Below, in pieces: positions 1-9,002 of a stretch of DNA of 58,978 nucleotides (position 1 is the stretch's first letter; each line of letters opens with the position of its first letter). Position numbers and translations under genes: made by a program. The DNA is from Verrucomicrobiales bacterium (GTDB taxonomy: Bacteria; Verrucomicrobiota; Verrucomicrobiia; Limisphaerales; F1-12-MAGs170), in NCBI GenBank assembly GCA_005777315.1, contig SXMN01000367.1, forward strand, positions 1-58,978, given 5' to 3'. The notes under the pieces are model-generated. The model made no database searches. It saw nothing but the letters and a program-made list of their open reading frames with translations, and was not told the origin of the DNA.

Positions 1-320
1 GATGCAGATGCGAGGCGCGAACGCGGGAGGATGCCCGCAGCGGCCTCTGACCAAGCGAGCAACGAAGCAGATGCGTCTGTGCCGCCGTCAAGATTTGTAG
101 CCTACCCCACGGTCTCCTCAGTAGCTCGCTTTGCCGACGTGCTCACCCCGGCCATCTTAACTTCCTCTTCCCCCCACAGCTTAGTGACGGAGGACGTCGT
201 TAACCAGTTTGCTGACATCGGGGCAGGCGTCCCATGATCGTGACTTCCCTCCGTCATCCTGCACCGGGGGAAGCGAGCGTGCGATCTGATGGGGCTTGGC
301 TACCGTGTGGACGCCGACTC

Positions 321-1511
321 TCAACCATCATTGCGCCGATAAAATCCCCGGACGAACATCCGGACCAGAAGCGCGAATGGAACGTGATCGGTCAGGTGGA
401 AACGGCGCTTTGGAAATTTCGACGCAGAAATCCGTGGCGCTTCGGAAATCTCCCGGATGAACGTGGCATACGTCCGGTTGTAACTGTCATTCAAGTGAGG
501 TTCGATCACCTCCCGGCAACGCGCGCGCCATTGGGCAACCTGTGCTTCCCCCGCCCGCACCACTTCGGACACAATCGACGCGACGCGAGTCAGATCCCGC
601 AGCTCATAGACAAACCGGCCATCCAATCGACGCACGTAATCATCCCCACCGCTCTGGATGTTTGGGAAGATCGGCAATATGCCCACGCTCATCGCCTCCA
701 GCAAAGACAACGGCAGCCCCTCGAAGTCGCTCGTGAACAAAATGGCGTCCCAACCGGCGACCACCTTCCAATAAGCTTCGCCACTCAGGTGTCCGTGGAA
801 TCGAACCTTCGGCGAACCGCCGAACTCTCGTTTCAGCCACGACTCCTGCGGGCCACTGCCGAGAAGCTCAAGACGGAAATCAACGCCCGTTTTCTCCAGC
901 GCGCGAACCACCTCGGGCAATCGATCCACCCGTTTCTGTTCGTTCACAAGGCGGGCGGAGAACCCAATCACAAACGTCCGTTTTCCGAGGGGCGGATGTT
1001 CCACAGGAAATGGACATTCAGGAAGTGGCATCGGCAAAAAGGCCATGCGCTCCGGCGGAAGCGAGGGGAGGAATCGCCTCACCGTCTCCCGCATCTGCTC
1101 GCTTGGATAAAGGACGCCATCCACCAGGCCTTCCTCCGCCGCGAGGCATTCGCCCAGCAGCGGCTCGTAGTAGGAATGCAGTGCTGCGATGCGCCGCGTC
1201 GAACGGTCAAGGTCAGCCAGAAATGGCAGCCCCCAGAAGTTGTTGTAAACCGCGACTGGTTTGCGCTCGTCCGAAGGAAGTTCACGGAGGTAGGAGCGGC
1301 GGGCACTCCAGACAGTGCTTTTCCAGCTCAAGCCGATTCCACGAACACGCCCATTCTCAATCGTTCCCTTTGGGTCGAAGAACGCGACGACGTTGGAGTC
1401 CAGCCCGAACCTTGCGTCGTTCTTGATGTGCAGGCGCAACATGCTCTGCACACCGCCAAGCGAACGGTAGAATGTGAAATAATGCGTTACCGGAATCGGA
1501 CTCATCTTCAA
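321..1511 (-). CDS. glycosyltransferase, GT-B fold (family 4-like)
   Basis: 396-aa ORF. C-terminal GT1/GT4-type region (ILFTSDFEGLPLSLLEAMSVGILPIF). First gene seen of a same-strand glycan block. Confidence 0.85.
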   Translation of the reverse strand: MKMSPIPVTHYFTFYRSLGGVQSMLRLHIKNDARFGLDSNVVAFFDPKGTIENGRVRGIGLSWKSTVWSARRSYLRELPSDERKPVAVYNNFWGLPFLADLDRSTRRIAALHSYYEPLLGECLAAEEGLVDGVLYPSEQMRETVRRFLPSLPPERMAFLPMPLPECPFPVEHPPLGKRTFVIGFSARLVNEQKRVDRLPEVVRALEKTGVDFRLELLGSGPQESWLKREFGGSPKVRFHGHLSGEAYWKVVAGWDAILFTSDFEGLPLSLLEAMSVGILPIFPNIQSGGDDYVRRLDGRFVYELRDLTRVASIVSEVVRAGEAQVAQWRARCREVIEPHLNDSYNRTYATFIREISEAPRISASKFPKRRFHLTDHVPFALLVRMFVRGFYRRNDG

Positions 1512-1570
1512 TTCAAGGAAGCTGCCGCCTTTGTCGTCAAGCTCTCGTCATGCAAGCGGCGCGTCGGCTG

Positions 1571-2737
1571 TCACAATTTGGCTGCCAGTTCGCCCAGTCG
1601 CGTTGCCCACGTATGACTCCGCATGACTCTTGCACGGCCTGCCTGCCCAATCAGCCGCGCACGCTCCGGCTCCCGCAACATCCGGCGGGTATTGTCCGCC
1701 GCTTCCCACATCGTGCGATACGTGAGAATTTCCTTTCCCACCTCGAAGGCTCTCGGCACGTCCTCATTGTGCTCCGTGAGATAGCAGCACCCGTAGCCTG
1801 GGAATTCTACATCGCGGAATTTCATGTAGCTCATGAATCGTCCCTGTTCATCCTTCCCTTGATTGAGGCCCAACACCACGCCGCAGCGTTGGATGAACGG
1901 TCCGAATTCCTCATCGCTCAACGCCCCTCCCGTCTGCGCCCGGACGAATTGCCAGAACACCCGGCGTAGTGCTTTTTCGACGAGCCCTCGTTTGAACAAC
2001 GCTTGCCATATTCGCTCAGATCGCGGCTTTGCGCTGTGGAATGGGTCCGGTCCATCGTTCGCCACCCAGCTTCGACCGCGTATCGTCACCCGGCATCCAA
2101 ACAACCTCAGCCATCCGAGTTGCGTGATCCGGTTTGATGAAGGCAGGCCGACAAAGGCCATCGGAACTTCGGGTGTTCGACAGCCTAAATCCGGCAGGCA
2201 CTCAGGGTTCATCGCGTAAGGTGCGCAAAGGCTCGGCACACCCAACGCCGCATAACGGCCCGCTGCCGCGCTCTCAGGAAACCAGTTGAGCGACACCACG
2301 CGCGCCAGCGGTTCCACTTTCTCGAACATGTGCGTGCTGTCACAGAAGAAATTGATCCAGGGAATGCCCCTTTGGATTGTCCGTTTCACCAGCTCCGGAT
2401 CGACATCCCACGCGAAGCAATAAGAGATCACCGCATCTAGCCCATGCTGCTGGTGCGCCTCACTGATCATTTTCCACAGTCGTTCGCTAGAAGTCGCACG
2501 TGGTTCGTCCAACGGCCCCGTGTCCACGTCATGCCCCTGTCGGGCCCAGTCGAAGTTCATTCCTTCGGGCGTGATCAGGATTTCCGTCAGTGGCCGCAGC
2601 GCATCGTAAATGTGTCTTCGCCAAAGAAACCGGTAATAGCCACTGGACACGTGACAATCGGGAGAGAGGGCGAAAATTTTGCGGGGAATCTTCACCTCAG
2701 AAAAGGCAGTCGAAACCACTGATTTCGCGGATTTCAC
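1571..2737 (-). CDS. CgeB-like glycosyltransferase (Glyco_trans_1_2 / DUF3880 type)
   Basis: 388-aa ORF. C-terminus (CCYLTEHNEDVPRAFEVGKEILTYRT...ARLIGQAGRARVMRSHTW) resembles the CgeB-family C-terminal GT domain, from recall only. Confidence 0.65.
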   Translation of the reverse strand: MKSAKSVVSTAFSEVKIPRKIFALSPDCHVSSGYYRFLWRRHIYDALRPLTEILITPEGMNFDWARQGHDVDTGPLDEPRATSSERLWKMISEAHQQHGLDAVISYCFAWDVDPELVKRTIQRGIPWINFFCDSTHMFEKVEPLARVVSLNWFPESAAAGRYAALGVPSLCAPYAMNPECLPDLGCRTPEVPMAFVGLPSSNRITQLGWLRLFGCRVTIRGRSWVANDGPDPFHSAKPRSERIWQALFKRGLVEKALRRVFWQFVRAQTGGALSDEEFGPFIQRCGVVLGLNQGKDEQGRFMSYMKFRDVEFPGYGCCYLTEHNEDVPRAFEVGKEILTYRTMWEAADNTRRMLREPERARLIGQAGRARVMRSHTWATRLGELAAKL

Positions 2738-2882
2738 GGATGAAGAGGAGCTGGCGACTGAGAGGGCTCTTACCAGGCGGGTGAATGTAAAAGATGCGCC
2801 GGCTCTCCCCGAAACGAATTGTTATCTGTGTTATCCGAGTCATCCGTGGTTTCTCAACTTCCTGATTCAGGTTCACCAGCGC

Positions 2883-3608
2883 TCACACACGTTTCGCGGC
2901 CACCAGGTAACTGAGGCAGATGACACGATTGCCCAGCCAGTCATCGAAGCGCGAAATCGTCCACGGCACCAGGTAATGCACGAAAACTTTGGCCACCATT
3001 CGCATCATCCATGACAACGCGCGGGGAACGGGTCCAAGTTTTTTCTCGGCCGCGCTCCAGCTCATGTAGAAAGCCTGGGCAAAGACAATCGCGGCCCGCG
3101 CCGGTCCGCCGACGGCTGTGATCGATTCAACTTCGAAACCCTTTCGTGGCAGCCAATGCTCATACCAATAACGGGTGAATCCTCCGTAGTAGTGGTACGG
3201 CTCCATGTGAAGATGCGACAACAACGGGGAAGTCAGGAATAATCGCCCTCCCGGCTTGAGCAGTCTCCGAAACTCGTCCAGCACCACCATTGGATCGACC
3301 ACGTGTTCGATGACTTCAGTGCAAAGGATGGCGTCGAGCGACTGGTCTGGAAGTGGAATCGAAGTGATGTCACCAACGAAATCAATCGGCTCGACATACT
3401 TCACCAGCGGGCCTTCGTACTTGCAGAAATCCTGCGTCTTGTAGTCGCAGTGCGCGAAAAATGGACGGTACTTGCTCGCGCCTGCCCCGGCGTCGAGAAC
3501 CTTCGCTCCCTTGGGCAAACTTTCCGCGTGTTCCTTGATCCAGTGGTCCCGCTGGTAAATGTCCGGGTGCCAGAAGCGCTCGCGGTCAGTCAGGATAAGT
3601 CGGTCCAT
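2883..3608 (-). CDS. class I SAM-dependent methyltransferase
   Basis: 241-aa ORF. Motif I VLDAGAGASKY and post-I/II region LKPGGRLFLTSP. Confidence 0.85.
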   Translation of the reverse strand: MDRLILTDRERFWHPDIYQRDHWIKEHAESLPKGAKVLDAGAGASKYRPFFAHCDYKTQDFCKYEGPLVKYVEPIDFVGDITSIPLPDQSLDAILCTEVIEHVVDPMVVLDEFRRLLKPGGRLFLTSPLLSHLHMEPYHYYGGFTRYWYEHWLPRKGFEVESITAVGGPARAAIVFAQAFYMSWSAAEKKLGPVPRALSWMMRMVAKVFVHYLVPWTISRFDDWLGNRVICLSYLVAAKRV

Positions 3609-3612
3609 AACG

Positions 3613-4899
3613 TCAGTCCCGCGTCTTGTTGTGCGCGGGTCGCGCGACAGTGCCGGGAGCCAGCGCCAGGCGCAAGATCATCGTCCGGCCCACAGCCATG
3701 CACACGAGCGGCGAAAGCCATAACCAAACCATGAAGGTGTTCCACGAGAGCGCCGCCGCAACAGCACTGGCCAGCGTCTTGAGTCCGGCCACCATCAACA
3801 TCACCTTCACCATTGCCGAGCTGTTATGCTGGCCTTGCAGCAGGAGGTAATAGAATTGGTTCCCGAGAGCCGCCAGCATCACAAGGCCGGCAGCCGCCAG
3901 CATCGGCAGTGCGGCGGCATATTTGTCGTCGATCAGCCAGCCCGTGAACATGGGCGCCACAAGATGCAGCGTCAGCAATCCCGCGAGGGTCAAGGCCACG
4001 AAACCGATGGTGATCCGGTCGCATTGGCGAGCAATGGTTCGCCAGTCGTCAGGCGTTCGGGCGTGATCCGACTTTTGAAAAATTCCGGGAAAGTACAATT
4101 GCATCAAGACGCCCACCGCCATCGTTGGAATGATTCCTCCGAGCTGGAGCGCGACACCGAACAGTCCCGCCTGGGCAGAGCCAAACGACTGTTCCACGAT
4201 CCAGCGGTCAGCGTATTGAAGCAGCCATGCACCGACTCCCAGCAACATGAAAGGACCCCCGTAATCCTTCAATTCCTGATGCCAATAAACAGACCTCGCA
4301 GCATCGGGCTTGGACGCGCCGATTGCTTTGTGAAATAGCGCCAGCAACAGGCCAATGATCAAGATCCCGTGCAGCGTGTAACCCACACTGAGCATTCCCA
4401 GACTCATCGTGGTCATCCAGGCAAAACCGAGTGGCGCGAGAACACGGGTTGCATTTCCCACTGTCGAAAGGAGCAGCATCTGCCACGGGCGTTGGGCCGC
4501 ATTCAGGACCAGCGAACCGATTCCATTGAGTGCCAGCGCCAGATTTGAGACGACCAACAACGGCAGCAACCAGCACCAGATCCAGTTGCCATCCTTCAAT
4601 GCCCGAATCAGTACCGTGAGCACCACGATCGGCACCAGAAGCCGAAGTCCCCGCCACGATTCAGTCCACAGGAAGCGGGCATATATCCATGCATGGTTCC
4701 CTTCCCGTTGCCAGTAACGCGACGCGTGGTTGGTGATTCCCGAGTGTGTGATCAGCGGGCCGATCTGTGTGAGCGACACAAAGAGGGTGTAGAGTCCATT
4801 CACATCGGGTGGAACCAGCCTGGTTATCAACTTCACCCCCACAAGCCCCAGCAGAAGCATCATCAACTGATTCGCCACGATGGGAACGAGCGAGCGCAT
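3613..4899 (-). CDS. polysaccharide/oligosaccharide flippase (Wzx-like, MOP superfamily)
   Basis: 428-aa polytopic membrane ORF in a glycan block. Its start overlaps the stop of the upstream methyltransferase by 1 nt. Confidence 0.75.
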   Translation of the reverse strand: MRSLVPIVANQLMMLLLGLVGVKLITRLVPPDVNGLYTLFVSLTQIGPLITHSGITNHASRYWQREGNHAWIYARFLWTESWRGLRLLVPIVVLTVLIRALKDGNWIWCWLLPLLVVSNLALALNGIGSLVLNAAQRPWQMLLLSTVGNATRVLAPLGFAWMTTMSLGMLSVGYTLHGILIIGLLLALFHKAIGASKPDAARSVYWHQELKDYGGPFMLLGVGAWLLQYADRWIVEQSFGSAQAGLFGVALQLGGIIPTMAVGVLMQLYFPGIFQKSDHARTPDDWRTIARQCDRITIGFVALTLAGLLTLHLVAPMFTGWLIDDKYAAALPMLAAAGLVMLAALGNQFYYLLLQGQHNSSAMVKVMLMVAGLKTLASAVAAALSWNTFMVWLWLSPLVCMAVGRTMILRLALAPGTVARPAHNKTRD

Positions 4900-5786
4900 C
4901 AGTCCGCGAGCAGCTCCCGGCCACTCGGCGCGAAGATCAAATTGTCATAGGCATACACTCCACGCGCTTCATGCCTCCTGAAACCGCCGTCGCGAAATTC
5001 CCACGGAACAAATCCAAGTCCACAGAGCAATTCCACCAGCGATCGACCTGTCGGAGCGCCCTCCGAGTCGCCTACTTCGAGTGAAATCAACGGGTGATCT
5101 TCCGCCAGCAGCCGTTTTCCGCCGGAGATGATTTCAGCCTCCGCCGACTCGGCGTCGATCTTCAGCAGCGCGACGGGCTTCTTCAGTTGCCGTTGAAATT
5201 CATCCAGCGTCGTGGTGGTCACATCGAATAATTTTGGCTCCGGAGCGCCGTTGGCTTTCGCGTTGGTGAAACTATTGAACGCCATCCATTGCGGACCATA
5301 ATCGCGGAACGACAACTTCTTGACCGAGGACCAGACGGCCTCCGGATGCACCACCACCTGGGAAAATGCCCCGACGTTTCGAGCCGCAATGTCGCGCGTT
5401 GAAGGAGTGGGCTCGAACGCGTGAACCTGTCCCTTCGCTCCCACCAGCCGTGCAAAGAGGGTTGTGTAGTAGCCCAGATGCATCCCGATATCGACAACCA
5501 GTTGGCCTGGTTTCACGAGATTTAGAAAGGCCTCCGTCAGCGAATCCTCGTAGATGCCGTAGCTCTCAATCTGCTGGCTCACCGCCTCGCCTTGCACCAC
5601 GGTGAAGCCATCCAGGTGGAAGCTCGTGCTGCGACGCAGGCTCCCCGTCAAGCCGGCGAACAAACCCCGCTTTCGAAGCTGATTGACGACGAATCGACGC
5701 GGGTTGATGAACGGCTTTTGCCATGACCTGGCAAGTTTGTAGCGCTGGCACGTTCGGAAACTTTGCAGAAGGTCGTGTGGTGACAT
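4899..5786 (-). CDS. FkbM family methyltransferase
   Basis: 295-aa ORF. VVDIGMHLGYYT...VHAFEP and LKIDAESAEAEII are typical of FkbM-type methyltransferases. Confidence 0.85.
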   Translation of the reverse strand: MSPHDLLQSFRTCQRYKLARSWQKPFINPRRFVVNQLRKRGLFAGLTGSLRRSTSFHLDGFTVVQGEAVSQQIESYGIYEDSLTEAFLNLVKPGQLVVDIGMHLGYYTTLFARLVGAKGQVHAFEPTPSTRDIAARNVGAFSQVVVHPEAVWSSVKKLSFRDYGPQWMAFNSFTNAKANGAPEPKLFDVTTTTLDEFQRQLKKPVALLKIDAESAEAEIISGGKRLLAEDHPLISLEVGDSEGAPTGRSLVELLCGLGFVPWEFRDGGFRRHEARGVYAYDNLIFAPSGRELLAD

Positions 5787-6617
5787 TTACTTCGCGCGCT
5801 TCAACCAGAGGTCCACCTGGGAGACAGGTCCCGGCCAGATGCGGCAGCCTTCGGTAATATCGTCGATCTCAAATCCCAATCCTGCCAGTTCGTGCGCCAC
5901 TTCCGGCATGAGGGCCTGGCCGCTGTAGATCGTCTGCAATGAAACCTCGATCACCACGCGCTGCGCCAGCGCCAGCGTCTTGCGACCGCCAGCGATGACC
6001 GCGCGTTCGAACCCCTGAACATCGATTTTCACCAGGTCAGGTGGCAGCCAGCGGTTTTCAGAAACGAGACGGTCCAGCGTCGCCACCTTCACTTCCTCGC
6101 GGCGAACCGGCCTCGTTCCCCAGCTTGCCGGGACATCGCTCGAACCAGTTGGCGCCAGCAGCGAGGACGCGGCGGAATTTTCAGTTAGATGCATCCATTG
6201 CGTCTCGTCCTTGTCCCCAAGTGCCGACTGGACAAGTTCCCACCCGGCGCGCTCCGGCTTTCGGCTCATGATCTTCTCCCGGAACGCCTGCTGAGGCTCG
6301 AAGAGAATCACCTTCTGTGGTTCGAAGATCGAGTGCGCCATCTGCGACCAGACGCCATGATGAGCGCCGATGTCATAAATCACCTGCGGATGAAACCCTT
6401 CATCACGCCAGCGCAACAGCCGGATGTAATGGGCACCCTCCCAGCCGTGTTTCCATGCAGACGAGACCCTTGGATCGTCCGCCAGCAAAAGCCCAGCGCT
6501 GCACAGTCGTTGCAACCGCGCCCGCAGAAACCGGCTCAACCGGGCGGAAAAATCCCGGCAGCGAATGTCATTCGCACGCGCGGAAAAGGGGCGGCTGGCG
6601 GCCATGGCCTGGTTCAT
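5787..6617 (-). CDS. FkbM family methyltransferase (second copy)
   Basis: IYDIGAHHGVWS...ILFEPQ and VKIDVQGFERAVIAG. The track ORF runs to 6953, but its first ~112 codons look non-coding. I place the start at ATG 6617 (MNQAMAAS...); the start is uncertain. Confidence 0.75.
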   Translation of the reverse strand: MNQAMAASRPFSARANDIRCRDFSARLSRFLRARLQRLCSAGLLLADDPRVSSAWKHGWEGAHYIRLLRWRDEGFHPQVIYDIGAHHGVWSQMAHSIFEPQKVILFEPQQAFREKIMSRKPERAGWELVQSALGDKDETQWMHLTENSAASSLLAPTGSSDVPASWGTRPVRREEVKVATLDRLVSENRWLPPDLVKIDVQGFERAVIAGGRKTLALAQRVVIEVSLQTIYSGQALMPEVAHELAGLGFEIDDITEGCRIWPGPVSQVDLWLKRAK

Positions 6618-7097
6618 AAAGACTCCCACGAAACAAACGCAAGCCATCTCAAATGGCAAGACAATCGACCGCCAAACCAGATTCGAGCTGCGGCACTTGA
6701 GTTGGAGCACTGAATTTGTCCGCAGGCGCGTGCAATATCCAATCCAGCGACAGATCATCCTTCCGGAGCCATGCTCCACTGATTCAATCGAATGCGACGC
6801 CTGCTGGTGCAGACGGGATGGTCGTACTCTCCGGATCTCACACAACAACCGGCGTGAGGAGGCACACCCGTGATGCCGCAGCGGCTGACCCATCAACAGG
6901 AGAAATGAAAACCGCTCGGCGTTGACAAAATCAGAAGTAAATGGCGTCCTCACCGCCAGTCAGCTCCAGAGGGGGATGGTGCCGCAGGCGTACCCTCGAG
7001 TCGCTGCCCTGCGTCGTTGCAGAGGGTGAGCATAGTGCCCCGCTGTGTGAACCGCACGGTCTGGATAGACACTGCGACCGGCAGGAACTTTTTTCAA

Positions 7098-9002
7098 ATG
7101 ACATCGAATCCAAGAATTACTCCGACCGAGGGTTCATCCATCCATCAAGTGGTCCGACTGCAATGCGGGACCCATCCTGACACTCCCATGCTGTTTGCAC
7201 CCAACTTTAAGCCGCTGACTTGGGCCGCTCTTGGTGCTCAACTGGACTATGCGGGCCAGGCTTTGCGCGAACGAGGCATCGGCCGGAACGACCGCGTTGC
7301 CGTGGTCCTGCCGGACGGTCCGGAGATGGCTGTGGCATTTCTGACCGTCTCCACGGCCGCCACTTTCGCCCCGCTCAATCCGACGTATCGGGCTGAAGAT
7401 TTTGAATTTTACTTAGCCGACCTGCAGGCCAGGGCGCTGATTCTCTCCGCAGGCCAGGAATCACCCGCCCGTGGGGTTGCACGAAAACGTGGCATTCCGA
7501 TTCTTGAATTAACCGCTCAACCCGGCGCGCCGGCCGGCCAGTTCAGATTGAAATCCGAGAATGCTCACCAGTCGTCTGTCGATCTCCCGGTGGAGTGGGC
7601 AGACTCTGATGACGTCGCTCTGGTCCTCCACACTTCAGGTACGACTTCGCGTCCGAAGATGGTTCCGCTGACCCACCGGAATCTTTGCAGCTCTGGCCTC
7701 CACATTGCCAGGACGCTCGGACTGACGCCCGCGGATCTCGGGTTGTGCGTGATGCCGTTGTTCCATATCCATGGGTTGATCGGAGCCTTGTTGTCGTCGG
7801 TTATGGCTGGTGCGCGCGTCGTCTGTGCTCCGGGGTTTTCGGCGTTGCGTTTCTTCGCCTGGCTGGATGAGTTCGAGCCTTCGTGGTACACGGCCGTGCC
7901 CACCATGCATCAGGCGATTCTCGCGCAGGCCGCGAGCCATGCTTCCATCATCAAGAGCCGTCCCCTACGGCTGATCAGGTCATCGTCCTCCGCTCTGCCA
8001 CCGCAGGTCATGCGGGGACTCGAAGCGGTCTTTGGCGCACCGGTCATCGAGTCCTACGGGATGACCGAAGCCTCCCATCAAATGGCGAGCAACCCGTTGC
8101 CGCCGCGCGAACGCAAGCCGGGGTCCGTTGGCCAGGCCGCCGGTCCCGAGGTTGCCATCATGGATCCAAAGGGCGGGTTGCTGAAGCTTGGAGAAACAGG
8201 CGAGATCGTGATTCAAGGTTCCAACGTCACCAAGGGTTACGAGAATAATCCAACCGCAAACGCCACGGCATTCACGAACGGCTGGTTTCGAACGGGCGAC
8301 CAGGGTTATCTGGATTTGGATGGCTATCTGTTCATTACTGGACGGCTCAAGGAATTGATCAACCGCGGCGGCGAGAAGGTTGCGCCGCGTGAAATCGATG
8401 AGGCCTTGCTGAACCACCCGGCCGTCCGGCAGGCGGTGGCATTTGCGGTGCCTCACCTCACCCTGGGCGAAGACATCGCGGCCGCCGTTGTTGTACAGGA
8501 CGGACAGAGCGTGAGCGAATCCGAGTTGCGCCGCTTTGTCGCGCATCATTTGCCGCCCTTCAAGCTTCCCACCCGGATCGTTGTGTTGAAGGACATTCCA
8601 AAGGGGCCGACAGGCAAGATCCAGCGGATCGGGATGGCTGACCGTTTGTCAAGGGAGCTTGCCGTCGCCTACGAACCTCCATCGGGAACATTCGAGGAGT
8701 TGGTTGCCTCGATCTACGAGCAGGTGCTGGGACACGACCGGATCGGGCGAGGGAACAACTTCTTCGCCGTCGGCGGAGACTCCATCCGCGCAATGCATGT
8801 CATGTTCAGGTTGAGAGAATCCCTCGGGATCGAATTGCCTGTGTCCACTCTGTTCGAGAACCCAACGCCGGCAATGCTGGCACTTGTACTGGAGAGCCGG
8901 GTCGCGGAACTGGACGTGGAGTCACTCGCCGAAGATCTGCGGAAACTCCCTCCCGAGGAGGTTGCCCGACTTCTTGATGATTCGCTCTCCAAGCCGCTGT
9001 GA
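7098..9002 (+). CDS. adenylate-forming acyl ligase fused to a C-terminal carrier protein (A-T didomain); A domain resembles the AAE3/Pcs60 oxalate-CoA ligase clade
   Basis: ANL motifs LHTSGTTSRPK, GWFRTGD, GRLKELINRGGEK and PKGPTGKIQR. C-terminal PCP motif FFAVGGDSIRAM, with the Ser codon at 8781-8783. Start chosen at ATG 7098 (track ORF begins at 7017). Confidence 0.9.
   Translation: MTSNPRITPTEGSSIHQVVRLQCGTHPDTPMLFAPNFKPLTWAALGAQLDYAGQALRERGIGRNDRVAVVLPDGPEMAVAFLTVSTAATFAPLNPTYRAEDFEFYLADLQARALILSAGQESPARGVARKRGIPILELTAQPGAPAGQFRLKSENAHQSSVDLPVEWADSDDVALVLHTSGTTSRPKMVPLTHRNLCSSGLHIARTLGLTPADLGLCVMPLFHIHGLIGALLSSVMAGARVVCAPGFSALRFFAWLDEFEPSWYTAVPTMHQAILAQAASHASIIKSRPLRLIRSSSSALPPQVMRGLEAVFGAPVIESYGMTEASHQMASNPLPPRERKPGSVGQAAGPEVAIMDPKGGLLKLGETGEIVIQGSNVTKGYENNPTANATAFTNGWFRTGDQGYLDLDGYLFITGRLKELINRGGEKVAPREIDEALLNHPAVRQAVAFAVPHLTLGEDIAAAVVVQDGQSVSESELRRFVAHHLPPFKLPTRIVVLKDIPKGPTGKIQRIGMADRLSRELAVAYEPPSGTFEELVASIYEQVLGHDRIGRGNNFFAVGGDSIRAMHVMFRLRESLGIELPVSTLFENPTPAMLALVLESRVAELDVESLAEDLRKLPPEEVARLLDDSLSKPL

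Noticed and set aside
31-237. 68-aa plus-strand ORF at the window start
   Set aside because: No motif, low-complexity Ala/Ser composition, no clear context. I also could not find a convincing minus-strand gene in 1-320.
234-1616. 460-aa plus-strand ORF
   Set aside because: It is fully antisense to the GT4 glycosyltransferase (321-1511). Its composition is Arg/Pro/His-rich and low-complexity, typical of a high-GC shadow frame, with no recognisable motifs.
6618-6953. N-terminal 112-codon extension of the second FkbM ORF
   Set aside because: The extension is Cys/Arg/Ser-rich with no FkbM similarity. FkbM proteins are ~250-290 aa, and ATG 6617 gives a normal length. The real start is still not proven.
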